Source: Neoechinorhynchus agilis
Taxonomy: Eukaryota > Animalia > Acanthocephala
DNA length: 64,000 nucleotides
NCBI GenBank assembly: GCA_051530055.1
Contig: CM121341.1
Coordinates: 8,720,784 to 8,784,783, forward strand
Reading direction: 5' to 3'
In this document: positions 36,800 through 50,147 of the stretch, piece by piece
How positions within the stretch are numbered: the first letter of the stretch is position 1
How the letters are laid out: each line of letters begins with the position of its first letter
Translations under genes and position numbers: made by a program
The notes under the pieces: model-generated
What the model was told of the DNA's origin: nothing
Seen by the model: only the letters and a program-made list of their open reading frames with translations
Database searches by the model: none

Positions 36800-37368
36800 T
36801 GTATTCCTGAGACAAAATATCTCGCTCGCAGTACAACGAGGCAATGCTGCTGACAGCCGAGGAAGGAGAGAAGCTCCAATTTTGCGGACGGTGGCGAATA
36901 TCAATCTTTTTTCTCCCACCGTAACCACATTCTTCGTGTCGGATAACTCCATTTCGCCGACTTGCATTCTTCATTTCCTCCTCGAATAACTGTTGTTGGC
37001 ATTCCCTACAAAAATCCTTCTAACTCGCGTCCACGTCTTTTCAAAATAACTTTTAATTAAGCATTCATATCCTCTATCTTTCTAAACATGAGATAGGAGC
37101 TGCTAACTTTACAATTTCCTTTTCGAATCTACTTAGTATAATCCTTCGCTTTTGACGAACACTAAAACATCTTTCACATAAAAAAGCTCGAAGAATAAGC
37201 AACTCCTCAACTTCTTTAACTACGTCCAAAGCGACTTCAGTGAAACGTAAAGTTTGCGATAGAGTGATGAAGGTATGAATATACTTTGCAAGTTTCAAAA
37301 AATTTCGATCGGTCATTACAAACTCAGTTTCGAATCAACAATCTTTTCGTTTTTAATTTTTTAAATGA
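36800..37368. repeat. Short CRE 3' fragment (36800..36890) joined to a solo copy (36918..37368) of the 500-bp unit arrayed at 62442..64000
   Basis: aaaatatctcgctcgcagtacaacgaggcaatgctgc matches the CRE end. The following sequence is nearly identical to the 62.5 kb unit. Confidence 0.88.
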
Positions 37369-38989
37369 AGCACAGAGCGCACTATGAGGGGTTTTTCCGT
37401 TTTCCTAAACTAAAACAAACTATTTTGATTCCTCTTTGATTTACTTATGAATAACAGAAACGTTCTGTTAAGTTTTAATTTTGTTACGCCATTTAACCAT
37501 CTCCTGAAACTGCGAAGGACAATTTGCTCTTTGCCATTGTTTTCGAGCAGGTGAAATCCCAAGGGTCTTTTCCGTCATTTCTATTAAAATTGATCCCCTC
37601 GAGGAAAAAAGCAAAGCCGTTGCAAAAGCCCTACTTATTGGAGCATTAGCCAAGCTGTGGCGATTGAGCTGTGTATTGTTTTGGGACAATCAAGTTCGTG
37701 AATTCCTTTGTTGTCTACGTCTTGGCATCTCATTTGCAAATCAATGAGATTGAGCAAGCAACGCCGAAGCGAGACCAGAGGAGTAATCATCCATTTAAAA
37801 ACCAATCAACGGCATTGGTAATGCCTCGAAAATTACTAAAATGAGGAACCGAAACTCCAGCTCAGTGAGTTTAAATGAATGGCGATGAGTATGGGAAACA
37901 GTGAGCTATAAAGGAAGAATTAGATTTCTTGCACGATATAAAAAGGAACCGTTAAATTAACTTCTAAAGCTATATTCGATTTTTAAATCGCGCAAAAATT
38001 TAGTTCATGGAAGTAATCAAGAACAAACATCCGAATGCATTAATGGACAAGCTACTTGCACTCTTCCACGATTGAGCTATTCTTAAGGGGTGGGATTTTT
38101 AAAAATGAAATTCTCGTCATTTAAAGAAATAATATAAATTTCAGTGTCATACTCAATTATCTAAGCTAGTGTTTGTGTCTAAAATCTGGAAGCACCAAGA
38201 GGTCTTCCACTTGCATCGCTTAGACTTTTGACCGAGTTCATCTATTTTCGAGTAGCTCCAATATACATATAAATAAGCTTTAAACAAGCGAATAAGGACC
38301 TTTTAGAAAGTCGTTAAATCGTTTTAGGCATATCTATGAGTCATGAACATATTAAGCTATAATACGCGAGAGTGGGCCTCGTGGACTTTATTTGTGGATT
38401 ACCTAAATCTTAGAAAAATATCTTACCTACTAGAAATAAGTGTGAGTTCGTTCATTGAGAAGAAGGTTCGTAGTTTCAGCACTAGTTAAAGTTAGTTCGT
38501 AGGTTAGACAGCAGTTGGGATAAGTTAATTCACAAGTTGAAAAGCAGTAGAGATTGAAATAACTTGCACTGTCAAAAGTGAATTAGATGCACTCGTACAG
38601 ACGGTGATAGCTCGCTGCGTATAGTTTTAACCAATCAGATTTCAAAAAAGAGGGTGCGCTTGATTTTCTATTGGCGGCATGATCACAGAAACTAATTTGC
38701 ACGTGATACCAAGATTCTGGAAGAGGAAATCAGCCTAAAAATTAAGGAATGAATGCTAAATTTAATATTCATGGCTTAATTGTTCTGTTTAGAATTGAAA
38801 TATTGGGTTTTTCGGTATATGAAATATTTAGATAATTTTCACGATAAGAAACAAAACAAATGGATTGAAGGAAGTTACTTTAGGTAAAAGAATCCCTAAT
38901 AGAAACAAATTATATTATTAAAATTGTTGAAGAAATTGACTGGTCGTAAAACTCGACCTAATGTTTCTTTTAACTAAACAAAGAAAAGT

Positions 38990-39580
38990 TACGCCCCATC
39001 GCTGTCGATGTGGGTCTTTGGTTGATGCTTTCGGGCGACACGGTCTCGTCTGCAGAAGGTCAGCAGGAAGGTTTTCACGCCATTCTGAAATCAATAACGT
39101 AATTTCTCGGGCGTTGAGAACGGCGAACTTCCCGAACATCCTGGAACCCGCCCACCTCTGCAGACTAGACGGCCGTAGGCCCGATGGAATTTCGGTCTTC
39201 CCGTGGCGGGAGGGCAAATGCCTTCTCTGGGACGCCACGTGTGTGGACACCCTCGCAGCCAGCAACATCCCCTACTCCCTCGAAATCGCCGGTGGTGCCG
39301 CCAGTGTAGCGGAAGGGAGGAAGGTACGAAAATATATGCAGCTATCGAGGGCTCACTATTTTGTCCCCTTTGGGGTAGAGACGTATGGAGCGCTCGGCAG
39401 CTCGGCACTCTCTCTGCTCAAGGATCTCTCGAAGAAATTGAGAGAGGCAACCGGAGACTCAAGAGCAGGCTTATTTCTTCGACAAAATATCTCGCTGGCA
39501 GTACAACGGGGCAATGCTGCCAGCGTGATGGCGACGGTCGAGGAAGGACAAAAGCTGGAATTTGGTGGGAGGTGGTGAAT
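38990..39580 (+). mobile_element. CRE-clade retrotransposon, 5'-truncated, with an open RLE endonuclease frame
   Basis: CRCG..DAFGRHGLVC zinc knuckle, RHSEIN, RPDG, WDATCVDT, PFGVET and QRGNA. Confidence 0.93.
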
Positions 39581-40189
39581 GTAAAGAAAAGTAACCAAAT
39601 AGATAATAAACACTTTTATTAAAATAAATTTCGAATTGAAATTCTTATGTACAAAGAGCTTTGAGTTAAATGAGGTCATAAAAATGAAAAGAGTACACTT
39701 AAAATTACTACCAATGCTGCGAAGAACCTTTTAATTATATTTCACAGGCCTTTGAAATTTACTTTTACACTTGAATATCTACATGCCGTATTAAGCAGCA
39801 ACCGATTTACCGGGCTTTCTTATATGCTGAAAGTTTAATTTAAAATTGGAAGAAATAAGTTTCAATCAACCATCAATTCCAAACACTGGTTATAAATTTC
39901 AGTGTCAAACTCATCCTGCGAATAAGATTCGAACAAAAATCGTCTACGAATTCGGAACTGATGATTGTCGCAGCTGGACTTTTTGTTGGTAGATTTGGTC
40001 TTGAATATCTCTCTCTTTCTTGAGTGCCTGTCGGATCGCCTAATTGGTGGGATATATTATTGTTTAGGTCGCTTGCCTATACCCGAGGGAGATCGCGTGA
40101 TTGAATCAGTCATTGTCAATTCAATCTAAAATAACAGAGGGATTCTTCACAACACTCCCATGATTGTTTCCGTTTTGACCCGGGAACCG

Positions 40190-42480
40190 GGTCAACGGCC
40201 GAGAAGTTACGCTTTTGATATCAGAATGGCGTGAGAACCTTCCTCCTGACTTTTGGCAAACGAGGCCGTGTCGCCCGAAAGCTTCAACCAAAGACCAACA
40301 TCGACAGCGATGGGGCGTGCATATCGGGAGACCAAGTCTTTAGGACACTGCGATCATCGTTACCTCATCAGTAAGAAGAGTTCCAACAGATGCCAGATGA
40401 ACAGCCATCAACCACGCCCCGATTCTCGTGTCGAAACTGCCAACAGTCTAGCTCGGACGACCCCATCGCGAGAACCGGAAAGTAGAGAGCTATGAGCTCT
40501 CGCGACAAGAGGTCCGTCCCAGATCGACTGTCTGAGGCCATTCACGGGAACATGGTTAGCGCCTGTCTGCTGGCACCATTCCTCAACCGCCACCACGAAA
40601 TCCCGGTCAAGACAGAACTTTCCCCTCAGAATTTTCTTCGATACTGGAAGGCTCCCCTCAAACGATCCAAGAAAGACCGGCAAAGCAAGGTCTACTAGCG
40701 CCCGAATGCCCAATCCCCCAGATGACACAGGCAAAGAAGCTTGTCGCCACGCCTCATCTGAGAGCTGGACATTTAAAATACGCTCGAGACAATAGCCAAT
40801 CCTTCCTTATGTTTGAAGAATGTTGCTGTGCGAACCTTGTACAATAATTTGGGATGAAGAGCGCGTTCTTTATGAGAAACAAGGCTTCATGAGCCGAGAG
40901 AGCGCACACCTTATCGCACAGCAACGAAAGTTTCGGTATGATACGGCCGATCTCATCTTCCACATTTGAATCAAACACGCAACTAACCAGGGGGCTGAGT
41001 TGCTCTGGAGCCACGAGTTTCAGACCCGGAGCTACGGCCTCGAACCCATCCATTAGTTCCTAGACTTTGGCGGCGTCTTCGATATTTAATGCTAGAAGCT
41101 CACACTTTCCAGCATTAAGCTCAATGCCCATCTTCGAGATCTCCCTTATCAGCGTCTCCAAATCGCGCAGTACAACGGAGGGATCACCTCCGAGCGCAGC
41201 GTCATCCAAGTACCAAGCGTCGAAGCTGGAATGGAGAGAATGCGCTATTGGGTTTACTGTTAGGGAGAATGCGATTGGACCGAGGGGATCTCCTTGCTGC
41301 ACTCCTCTTTCGGACCAAATGAGGTGGTCTTCGAAAAGCAAAGGAATCGCCGTCCCGTAGGCATTGAGAAAATACTGGAAGGCTTCTGGTGCATGATCCC
41401 TTGTTGCGCGGAACATTATTTCTCTATTGAGAGAGAGTTAAAGGCGTTCCGAAAATCACACTTAAGAATCAAGCACGGCTCTGAGCTTCTCGTAGCAAAG
41501 TTTCGGAGCGAGTGGACAATAACTTCCGCCCCGCAGGATGTGCAGCAGCCCAGTTGGACTGGACGAAGTTGCTGCCCGGTTTTCTCTGTAATACGTTTGC
41601 GGAGAATTTTTCCTGCGAGTCGGCGTATCGTCGAAGATACGGCGATGGGACGAATCAAACCTTCTTTTTTTTGTGGGGGCACATAATGAGGCTAGGAAAA
41701 ATAGGTCCTTTGCAACGGGGTTCAGGTCCTCTCCAGTCAGGCGGTCGACTATTCGAGATCTCGGAAAATTCCAGGTTTTATTTTAAAATATCTATCAATA
41801 TAGTGAGCCATGTAGGTCTTAGCCCGTCAAGCCCATGACCCGAACCATTTGCAAAAGATTCGATGGCATTTTTTAACTCTGAAATTTGAGTGGGCGTCTT
41901 GTCTTGTACGGGAAGAGACGGAATTTCAAAACTTCCGCTACTACATGGGTGCTTCGACTGGAGTATTTGTAGCGTCTCGCTGTCTCCTTTTGCGAAACTG
42001 TCGAAGAATGACAATAACCGAACATCTCCGCCCGCAAGCTTCGAAGAAACACGTTCAGTCAGGCATCGTTTTGAAAAACGGCAACTAAACCCTTCCTTCG
42101 TGCGTGGCTTCAAAATCGTTTAATATTTGTTCAAAGGAGGCCACCCTTTCTTTGATTGTTGATGTCAAAGAAACCCCAGAATCACCGCTGGTGCAGAGGA
42201 CTAAGCGCGGGAATGCGAAGAACCTTGTCCACGATGGCGCACAGGTCCTTTGAAGGCAATCGTTGAGCAATTCCGTAAATGCTTTGGCGACCAGATATCG
42301 TGTGCCCTTTGGATCCGTTTCAGGACGTTCCTGGGCAGAAACCGCACGATATCAGGCATCGGTGTCGTCTGTGGTGGAGGTGGCGTCGGTGTTAAACCCC
42401 TTTCTTTTAGCAATCAAAACAGCATTTAGTCTCGACCAAATCTTACCAACATTCACATCACAGCTCTGGATCACTCAGCT
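40190..42480 (-). mobile_element. CRE-clade retrotransposon RT region, frameshifted, truncated at the start of the RLE
   Basis: GLDGLRP, KKEGLIRPIAV, VQLGC, DFRNAFNS, GVQQGDPLGP, WYLDD, LPVSSGGLGI and PHRCRC. Confidence 0.93.
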
Positions 42481-42486
42481 ACATTA

Positions 42487-42665
42487 GTGGTGTAACGGTC
42501 GAAAGGACGGATTCAGCGTTCCCTCGTTGCACAGCCAAACTTATGTTTTGTAGGAGGAAAGCTCCTGACCTCGGATCGCCAATGATTCACCTCAATCTCT
42601 TGGACAATTGACCAGGTCCTGCGCCGCGGCACCAAACGACCCGAGCGTCTCGACGACAAGTGGAA
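42487..42665 (-). mobile_element. CRE 3' fragment directly upstream of the 40190..42480 copy
   Basis: PLVVETLGSFGAAAQDLV...QNISLAVQRGNA-like reading. Confidence 0.75.
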
Positions 42666-42849
42666 CAAAATAATGATTTCGGCTCAGGTCCCTTGCATTT
42701 TATCTTTATCCTCAGCGGCGGTTGCTTCTCCCCCTGGTTTAATAGTGGCGAATTTTATGTTGTTGGCTGCGAATTGCGTCCCAGAAAAGGCATTTGCACT
42801 TCCTCGCCTCTCTTGGGGTTCGCATTTGTTATAAATGACGGAATAATAC

Positions 42850-43220
42850 TGTTTCGAATACATCGTTTGAGGAATAGAATGTGACGATGCTCCCATCTTC
42901 GCAATTATTTTCCTCGATGATTTGAAAGGCAGTATATCTTCGTGGATTTAACATCGCGGCAGATTTATCTCCGCTATGTGGATGATGTGCCGTTTATATA
43001 CAATGAGGATTTTGAGGTCGATGACGTGGGCCGTGAAAAGGATAATTAAGCATCGAGATTCCCATCATCTTGGGGAATGAAACTGGCAATTTATGCTGGG
43101 ATGCACAGGGCAGCACTGATTTGCTTATCGCCATTAACGGAGAAACGATTGGCGATAGAAATATTGAACACAATTTCCGCAGATAATGGATACAAACGTA
43201 ACAAGATCGCATCTTTGTGA
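42850..43220 (+). mobile_element. Decayed Penelope-like RT fragment
   Basis: APIFAIIFLDDL (motif B-like), YLRYVDDV, and HRAALIC...EILNTISADNGY (thumb-like). Confidence 0.7.
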
Positions 43221-43602
43221 TTCAAGAGAGGAGAACTGGAGCTATGGTTATCATTGTAATCTTTAAATAAGTTGTTTATTGAGATCACCTTTATAAGCGC
43301 TGCCCAAAGTTTTTTTGTGCAAAAGTGTCAGCATTTCATAGAACAACCAAATCGAGTTTTCAGTTGGCGAATCTTTCAAATAATCTCCTCATAATACCCT
43401 CTACTTCAGCTGTTAATGGAGATAATCTTTAAATACACTGTTCGAGATGGGTTTTTCAAAGTGTCAACATTTCATAGAATAAACGTATTCGTGTTTACTA
43501 CCTATGCGAATTTTAAAAAAATCTTCATAATACTCTTAGCCTTAATGTGCGACAGCCTCGTTCTCTAGCGATGCATAACGAATTCTTGGCCTATTCAACG
43601 GC

Positions 43603-43610
43603 TATATAAA
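43603..43610 (+). promoter_or_regulatory. TATA box of the 4-TM gene
   Basis: TATATAAA ending 41 bp before the ATG at 43651. Confidence 0.55.
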
Positions 43611-43650
43611 ACTTCTACCATTTCTATAGCCCACTTGCTTACTTCATAAA

Positions 43651-44193
43651 ATGTTCTCGCGTTCGGCAAAATGTCTTGTCATTGCAAGAATGGCCCTAAT
43701 AGCATATTGGACTATTCGATCAGCTCTGCTTATCGTTTTATTGGTTCAACCAAACTTGGTAACGAACGACCTTAAACAGGCATTCGGCAATCCGGATATT
43801 CACATTTTAGTGATAGTGGAACTAATAGCAAGTATAATTCTCTGCGTTTGCGAACTGCTTCTCGTATGCATTTCATTCGTCCAAAAATCAGACGACCACC
43901 CGCAAAAAGGAATACGATGGAAAGTGTCCATTTTTACGGTGCAAATCGGCTTCAGTGCTGTGTTTGCAGTTATATCGATGTTTTTCCTCTACAACACTTT
44001 CATTAAACAATATAATGCGGACAATGCCACGCTTGTGGCTAAATGCATTTTGTGTGCCGATCTATTGATGCTTCCTCTCACGTTCATCATTGCGATCTTC
44101 TTCTTAGTAACGCTCGCCTATGTTATTTATAGGAAGAAAACGTCAAAGGAAGAGACTGCTTGTGAAACTGAAATTCAATCGATTCCTGAATAA
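43651..44193 (+). CDS. Orphan 180-aa protein with four hydrophobic segments
   Basis: Intact ORF, four TM-like stretches, upstream TATA, and AATAAA overlapping the stop codon. Confidence 0.75.
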   Translation: MFSRSAKCLVIARMALIAYWTIRSALLIVLLVQPNLVTNDLKQAFGNPDIHILVIVELIASIILCVCELLLVCISFVQKSDDHPQKGIRWKVSIFTVQIGFSAVFAVISMFFLYNTFIKQYNADNATLVAKCILCADLLMLPLTFIIAIFFLVTLAYVIYRKKTSKEETACETEIQSIPE

Positions 44194-44284
44194 ATCAAAC
44201 TTTTATTCTAAGCAATTTCTCATAACGAGACCACTTCGTTAAAACATTTTGGCGTACCATTACACGCCGTTTACTGAACACCAA

Positions 44285-44920
44285 ATTTTTTCTCGGAAAA
44301 TTCCAGGTTTTATTTTAAAATATCTATCAATATAGTGAGCCATGTAGGTCTTAGCCCGTCAAGCCCATGACCCCAACCATTTGCAAAAGATTCGATGGCA
44401 TTTTTTAACTCTGAAATTTGAGTGGGCGTCTTGTCTTGTACGGGAAGAGACGGAATTTCAAAACTTCCGCTACTACATGGGTGCTTCGACCGGAGTATTT
44501 GTAGCGTCTCGCTGTCTCCTTTTGCGAAACTGTCGAAGAATGACAATAACCGAACATCTCCGTCCGCAAGCTTCGAAGAAACACGTTCAGTCAGGGATCG
44601 TTTTGAAAAACGGCAACAAGAGAACCAGACCCGCAATAGCGGCGGGACCATTGAAAAACAAAACCCCCAGATTGGTTAATTTAAAAGACCTACCGCAAAC
44701 CGAACAAAACCCAGTAGAGACGCGTGGGAGCCCGGCAGCGTTGGTCTTCTCAGGTTGGCCATGATCGATAAGTGGCGCGTTTAAGGTGTCTGCGTTAGAC
44801 GTTTCCTCGGTCTTTTCACTTGGCTCATTTTGGGCGGGCAAGTTTCCGTCTTCATGTTGTTTTTTAGCATCCAGGTTCCGGGCAAGTGCCAAAGCCTCCA
44901 TAAGCGCACCACCATGTAAA
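44285..44920 (-). mobile_element. CRE 5' fragment with N-terminal zinc finger and an internal deletion
   Basis: CSVCGRSFKLTNLG is joined directly to sequence nearly identical to 41760..42085. Confidence 0.8.
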
Positions 44921-47900
44921 CTCCGCGACTATTGGCTGTTTTCACTAACTTGTAAAATAATTTTTTTCCAAAAATGCAATAAAAAAATTAAGCTCGTTCT
45001 CCGAGCTGAATTCTCGATTCCAATTCGACCAAAATTATTGTTGATTCTTGAATCGCGAAAAGACAACCAAAACTTTATATTACTAAAAAAGTTTTCCTAG
45101 TTTAACAAATACCGTGAATAGAAGTAAGACTTCTAAGGAATTAAGTTAAAAAGTGAACACTTGCTATAATCATTTCCACCTTTGAGTATTAACATTATGG
45201 CACAATTCACGTTATTTGAGCTTTGAAATAAGAAAAACAGGAAATTAAAATACACGCATTGAATCCAAACCTAACATTTTTTTATTTTAATCTATCATTT
45301 TGACTGGTATATTTGATAATTTAAGATGGACGGTTCGAATAATTTGAGGTTGGTTTCGAGGCACAATATCTCTGGTTAAGCGATTTCGATTATAGTTAAA
45401 AGCGCCATAGCGCTAAAATCACGCTGAAAACTGAAAAATAGTGGGAGAAAATAACTATTATTTCCGCAACAAACTTCAAACTGCATTTTCAATTAATTTA
45501 TGATCGATAGTCAAGTACGCAATGTATTGGTTGCATCGTAATTAAGTGTTTTTTTTCGATCATTATGAATAATAAATATTTTTTTCTTAGGTTTTAATTT
45601 TTCGCATTATTTGCTCGATTCTCAAAAGCATGCTTTTTGCTGAAACCAAAAATTGGACTTTTTTAGCTTTTAGAAACGCGTGAGTCGCAAGTCGTTTGTT
45701 GATTTCTCATTTAGACAAATAGTTTTCTTCTAATGTCGGCATTGTCGTTATAGCCATCAAATGTAAATCATATGGCTGTGCAATCAAGCGAACGGAGCTC
45801 TTTGTAAGTATATCGTTTTTATGTAAATCATGTTCACATGTCTTCGATTTTTGTTTATTAATTATTTCAAACGGAAATAAATTACATTTAGCTCAAAACT
45901 AAGAAAAGATGGATTTGAGGTGTGTGTGTTAAAATATGGTTCACAGCAAACTATTCGGTAGAGAAAAATTCTAATCGAAGTTGCTTTTTCTCTAAATGCT
46001 TTTCATTATCTTTTTTTTAAATTTTTTTTATTAAGACAAATGTTCAACAAATTTTTTCTCTTTCATACTTTTTAAGGTTAAACAATTTTATAACGGAATT
46101 CCATAGATGTCGTAAGTCTTAAACTCTTTACTATCTCTTAAGAAACTCTTTTTTTAGATTCACCAGTTGTTCATTGGAGTATAAAATATGTTTTCTTATA
46201 AATTTTACGGTGATCATATTAAATATCAAAATAAGGATTAAATCAGAAATAGCCGCAATTATAAATTGATTGTCCGTTCAGTAAAGGAGCTGATTTCAGC
46301 GCCTATTGCACTAATGCTGAGAGCCACTCTTATTTGAATGCAATAATTAAAAAAAGGAAGCTTTCTCTCTTTGACATGACGAAAATTGAATGGTATTTGA
46401 ATTTGTTTGCATCAAAACGCCATTTTTTTAATTTATAAAATTGAATTTCTTCGAATTAATGTCGCAAACAAATGACACCAAGAAGATTCGTCCTATTATG
46501 CTTTAATTAAACTAGCATTCCTTACACTTAACATATTCCTCATTGATTTATATCACAATGATTCAGGTGTCCACCTTCTACCAGAATTTAGTGGGCGGAC
46601 ATGTGCCTTTCATATGTATCAAACCAAAGTGCAATCAATCCGAAAACGGAAGAGTGGACAGAATAATTTATCCCTTCTTAATTGACGCGGTAACGCCGTC
46701 TAACCAATTTCATGCAGGTTGATCTTAAAATAATAAAGCATCTTTCGCTAATCAAAGTTCAAGTAGCCGATCTATACAGATTTATTGAAATATTCATTTT
46801 CACTATTAGCTTTTTATAATCAATTTAAACATTTAAAAACCTGCCTATTTAAAAAAGAAACTATTTAATCATTCAAGTCACCATTAAATCTCAGTATGTT
46901 TCGGACAAAATAAAAACCTTTTTCTAACTTGCTTAAAATGATGCTGCAACGAATAAGCTCGCTCGTCTTATTAATATCTCACCTTTGAATAAGAAACGAC
47001 GATTCCCACACCATCCATGATTAGTGCCGTGCCTTATCAGATAAAAATGTGGGCGTGGAATTGCTCGCTATTTTTTGTGATTATTTTAAGTAATGAACAA
47101 ATTTCGTTATCGCCTTAGATAGCACCGAGATAAATTGGATCAATTAATTTTCATGCATTTTAAAGTGAGATACCATAAGTTACAAGTTTGGCTGTGGGCG
47201 ACGGAACCTTACATTAGTATTTTGCTTCGGGCTTAACTACTTCACTTAATGTTTTCGACATCATGAGATATGTAAATCAAAGAGCCGCGAATCCGGATAC
47301 TTTTTGGCGTGATCAATCGAGTTAGGAAAATGGTAAAATACTTATTCTAAAAACTAATTGCAGCCACTGAATGTGTTACGAATCTAGTTTACCAAAAAAA
47401 TTTAGAAATTAAATAATTATTCGGAATTGCGGAAACGATCAGTTTTTAATGGAAAATCTTTGAGTTTTTGTGCATATAGCCTGTTTCTATGGAAAAATGC
47501 TCCTAAATTAAGACCAAATTTACACATTTAAACTAAAATGGTCAATTTTTATAAGTTTTATATTCTGAGGATTTTACAAGGACTTCTCAATTTTTTAATC
47601 ATGGTTTGACCACGCAGTTTTTGTAGAATTTCAGTGAAATTTTTGTGATTAGATATCCTAGATGATTGCAGGAGTTACGCGATTTTTTTAAACAAAAAAT
47701 CTTGAAAATTTTCATTGAACCTTCTGGAGCTATTTTCGTTCATGGCCTACCAATGCGTTGTTTTTCTAAGACATTACAGAAGCGATTTTTTCTCGTATTT
47801 TTAAGATTAGTTTCGGTTGTCTGCGTTTGGTATCGGAAGCAAGTGCACAAACATCGCGCGCGCGCGAGTGCGAAAAAAACACAGTACACAACTCATTGAT

Positions 47901-49040
47901 TTTAGCGAGATCGAAGCTTCTAAAGTCTCACCGTGAAGCGATTTCGATCGATCAAAATATTTATTTTATCACATTCAAAAGCGCCAGCATTCACGCAAGT
48001 CATCAGATGTTCTTGAAGATCAGATCGGTACATTGTTATGGTTTAATAAGCGCAATTACGCCTCGCAAATATTCGGACAATACGATTTTCGAGAGAATGC
48101 AAGAAGTGACCACTCGGACTGTTTACAGGAGGGAGCAAATAGCCTACAGGTTGTTTCTGTTAACGGCACCAGAAAACGGTTAGTGCGTCTCAATGCGCTT
48201 GATATTCGCGATCTCATGGATGAGAGAGTAGACTTATTGTGTTGTGAGTCGCCTGCTCACATTGGCACGGTGCGCAAACGAGTACCTTCATTTTGCCAGA
48301 GTAAACACTCATGCTCGTCGCTTCCACCTTTCGCAAAAACGCACACTTGTACGCATGAGTATTTCCAATCAAGTAGAGAAAAACCTGCCAGGTCAATGAC
48401 ATCCTCGCATAATATAAGAGTCCTCGGCGAACTCGTAAATTAAGCTTGCAAGGAAATGTCAAACGCCGTACCAATACAAACATTGAGAATGGCAGGAATG
48501 ACATGTTTCTGAATGTAAGACGAGTGGGGCTATGATGAATCAGAAATTTAAAGATTGACGTGAGACGTCTATTTAGAAAGGATTTTATTGGTAGAAAATC
48601 TCTGGAGATTCAGGGATGTTTTTGTTGAAGATCATACGCGTAGATGAGAGCGGAAAAATGACTGGAATTTTCGTGGGATCCATTGGGACAACGCAAATCT
48701 GCACGAATAATTCCCTGAGAAAAACAGGCATTTCCTTCTTCGATTCGAGGAAAGCAATTGGCACACTTTCCAACACTATAGAAAATTTTCTGGTTACAAG
48801 AAATCCCCCCCAACTCGCCCGATTTCTTGCAATCTGATTGGCCAGTCGTGTGCGCCTGCACCAGACAAATTTATAATTAAGACAAGCTTACGAATTGTGC
48901 TTTCACGTCTCGTTTCCTATTGCCGGCCGCAATCAAAACACACCCGGAGACAGTTTGCTTTAATACCGTTCTCATAGACGGTCTAAAATACCCAACCTAA
49001 AGCGAGCGTTTATTTTTCCAGTCCTTTTATCCGTGTTTAG

Positions 49041-50147
49041 ATGGAAGAGTTAAATCAACAACATCATCACCAATCAAACCTGCAATATTTTGCAAACAAT
49101 CCAGCGATGCCTTATTCATCAGTTAGTACAGATGGAATGTCAAACCAACAACAGCAAAATTCACAGCTAATTCAGCAACAGTTTTATCAATCCTTTGTTC
49201 CAGAAAATCAATTCTATACAAACGTGGTGCCGCAAAATCCATACCAGTCGTTTTTCATCAATGCGAATATTTACCAGAACCACCATCATCATGCCACAGG
49301 AAACGAAGACCAAGCCGACTATGGTCCTTCTACTCAAACAGCTCCTCCTTTGTATGATCCTGCGGCAATTGTCCCATGCGATCAAAATGCCGCTTACCAA
49401 CAACTCCAACAAAATCCTAATAATATATACAGTCAGATATTTATGAATCAACATCAGCTTCCTCTAAGAAAACCAAACCGCGACAGTGTAAAGCCTCCCT
49501 ACAGCTACATTGCTTTGATTGCTTTGGCGATAAATAACTCACCACGGCAAAAATTAACTCTAAATGAAATCTATCAGTTTATTGTTGATCGATTTCCCTA
49601 CTACAGAGATAACAAACAAGGATGGCAAAACTCAATTCGCCATAACCTTTCTCTTAATGACTGTTTCGTTAAAATTCCAAGGACAGACAGTCGTCCAGGA
49701 AAAGGGAGTTATTGGACTTTACATCCCGATTCATACAACATGTTTGACAACGGTAGCTACCTAAGGCGACGACGTAGATTTAAAAAGGAGTCAAACCAAT
49801 CAAATATCTTAAAACGGAAAATTGAAGCGAGCTCAGACGATGGTGAGGCACAACAAAAAATCTGTAAAAAATCAGAACCAGCAGCCAAAATTGCGACTAA
49901 AGATGACCAAGCGAACGCCTTTCAATCCAACACTACTCTCAATGACCAAATAAATGGAGCTTACACTCAACTAATACATATGCAAGGACATTTAGCTTCA
50001 CAAAGAAAACTCTGCACCGCTCAACCAGCCTTTTATCCGTCGATCAATGAATTCTCAAGTGGATTCACTGATGAGCGCCAAGCAAAAAACGGTGAAAACA
50101 ATCGATCACCGCCTTTTTTGAATGTTAATAATTTCAAAGTGCAGTAA
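49041..50147 (+). CDS. FoxC: Forkhead transcription factor, FoxC class, intronless
   Basis: [11 protein letters not shown]...[21 protein letters not shown]...[31 protein letters not shown]. Confidence 0.9.
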   Translation: MEELNQQHHHQSNLQYFANNPAMPYSSVSTDGMSNQQQQNSQLIQQQFYQSFVPENQFYTNVVPQNPYQSFFINANIYQNHHHHATGNEDQADYGPSTQTAPPLYDPAAIVPCDQNAAYQQLQQNPNNIYSQIFMNQHQLPLRKPNRDSVKPPYSYIALIALAINNSPRQKLTLNEIYQFIVDRFPYYRDNKQGWQNSIRHNLSLNDCFVKIPRTDSRPGKGSYWTLHPDSYNMFDNGSYLRRRRRFKKESNQSNILKRKIEASSDDGEAQQKICKKSEPAAKIATKDDQANAFQSNTTLNDQINGAYTQLIHMQGHLASQRKLCTAQPAFYPSINEFSSGFTDERQAKNGENNRSPPFLNVNNFKVQ

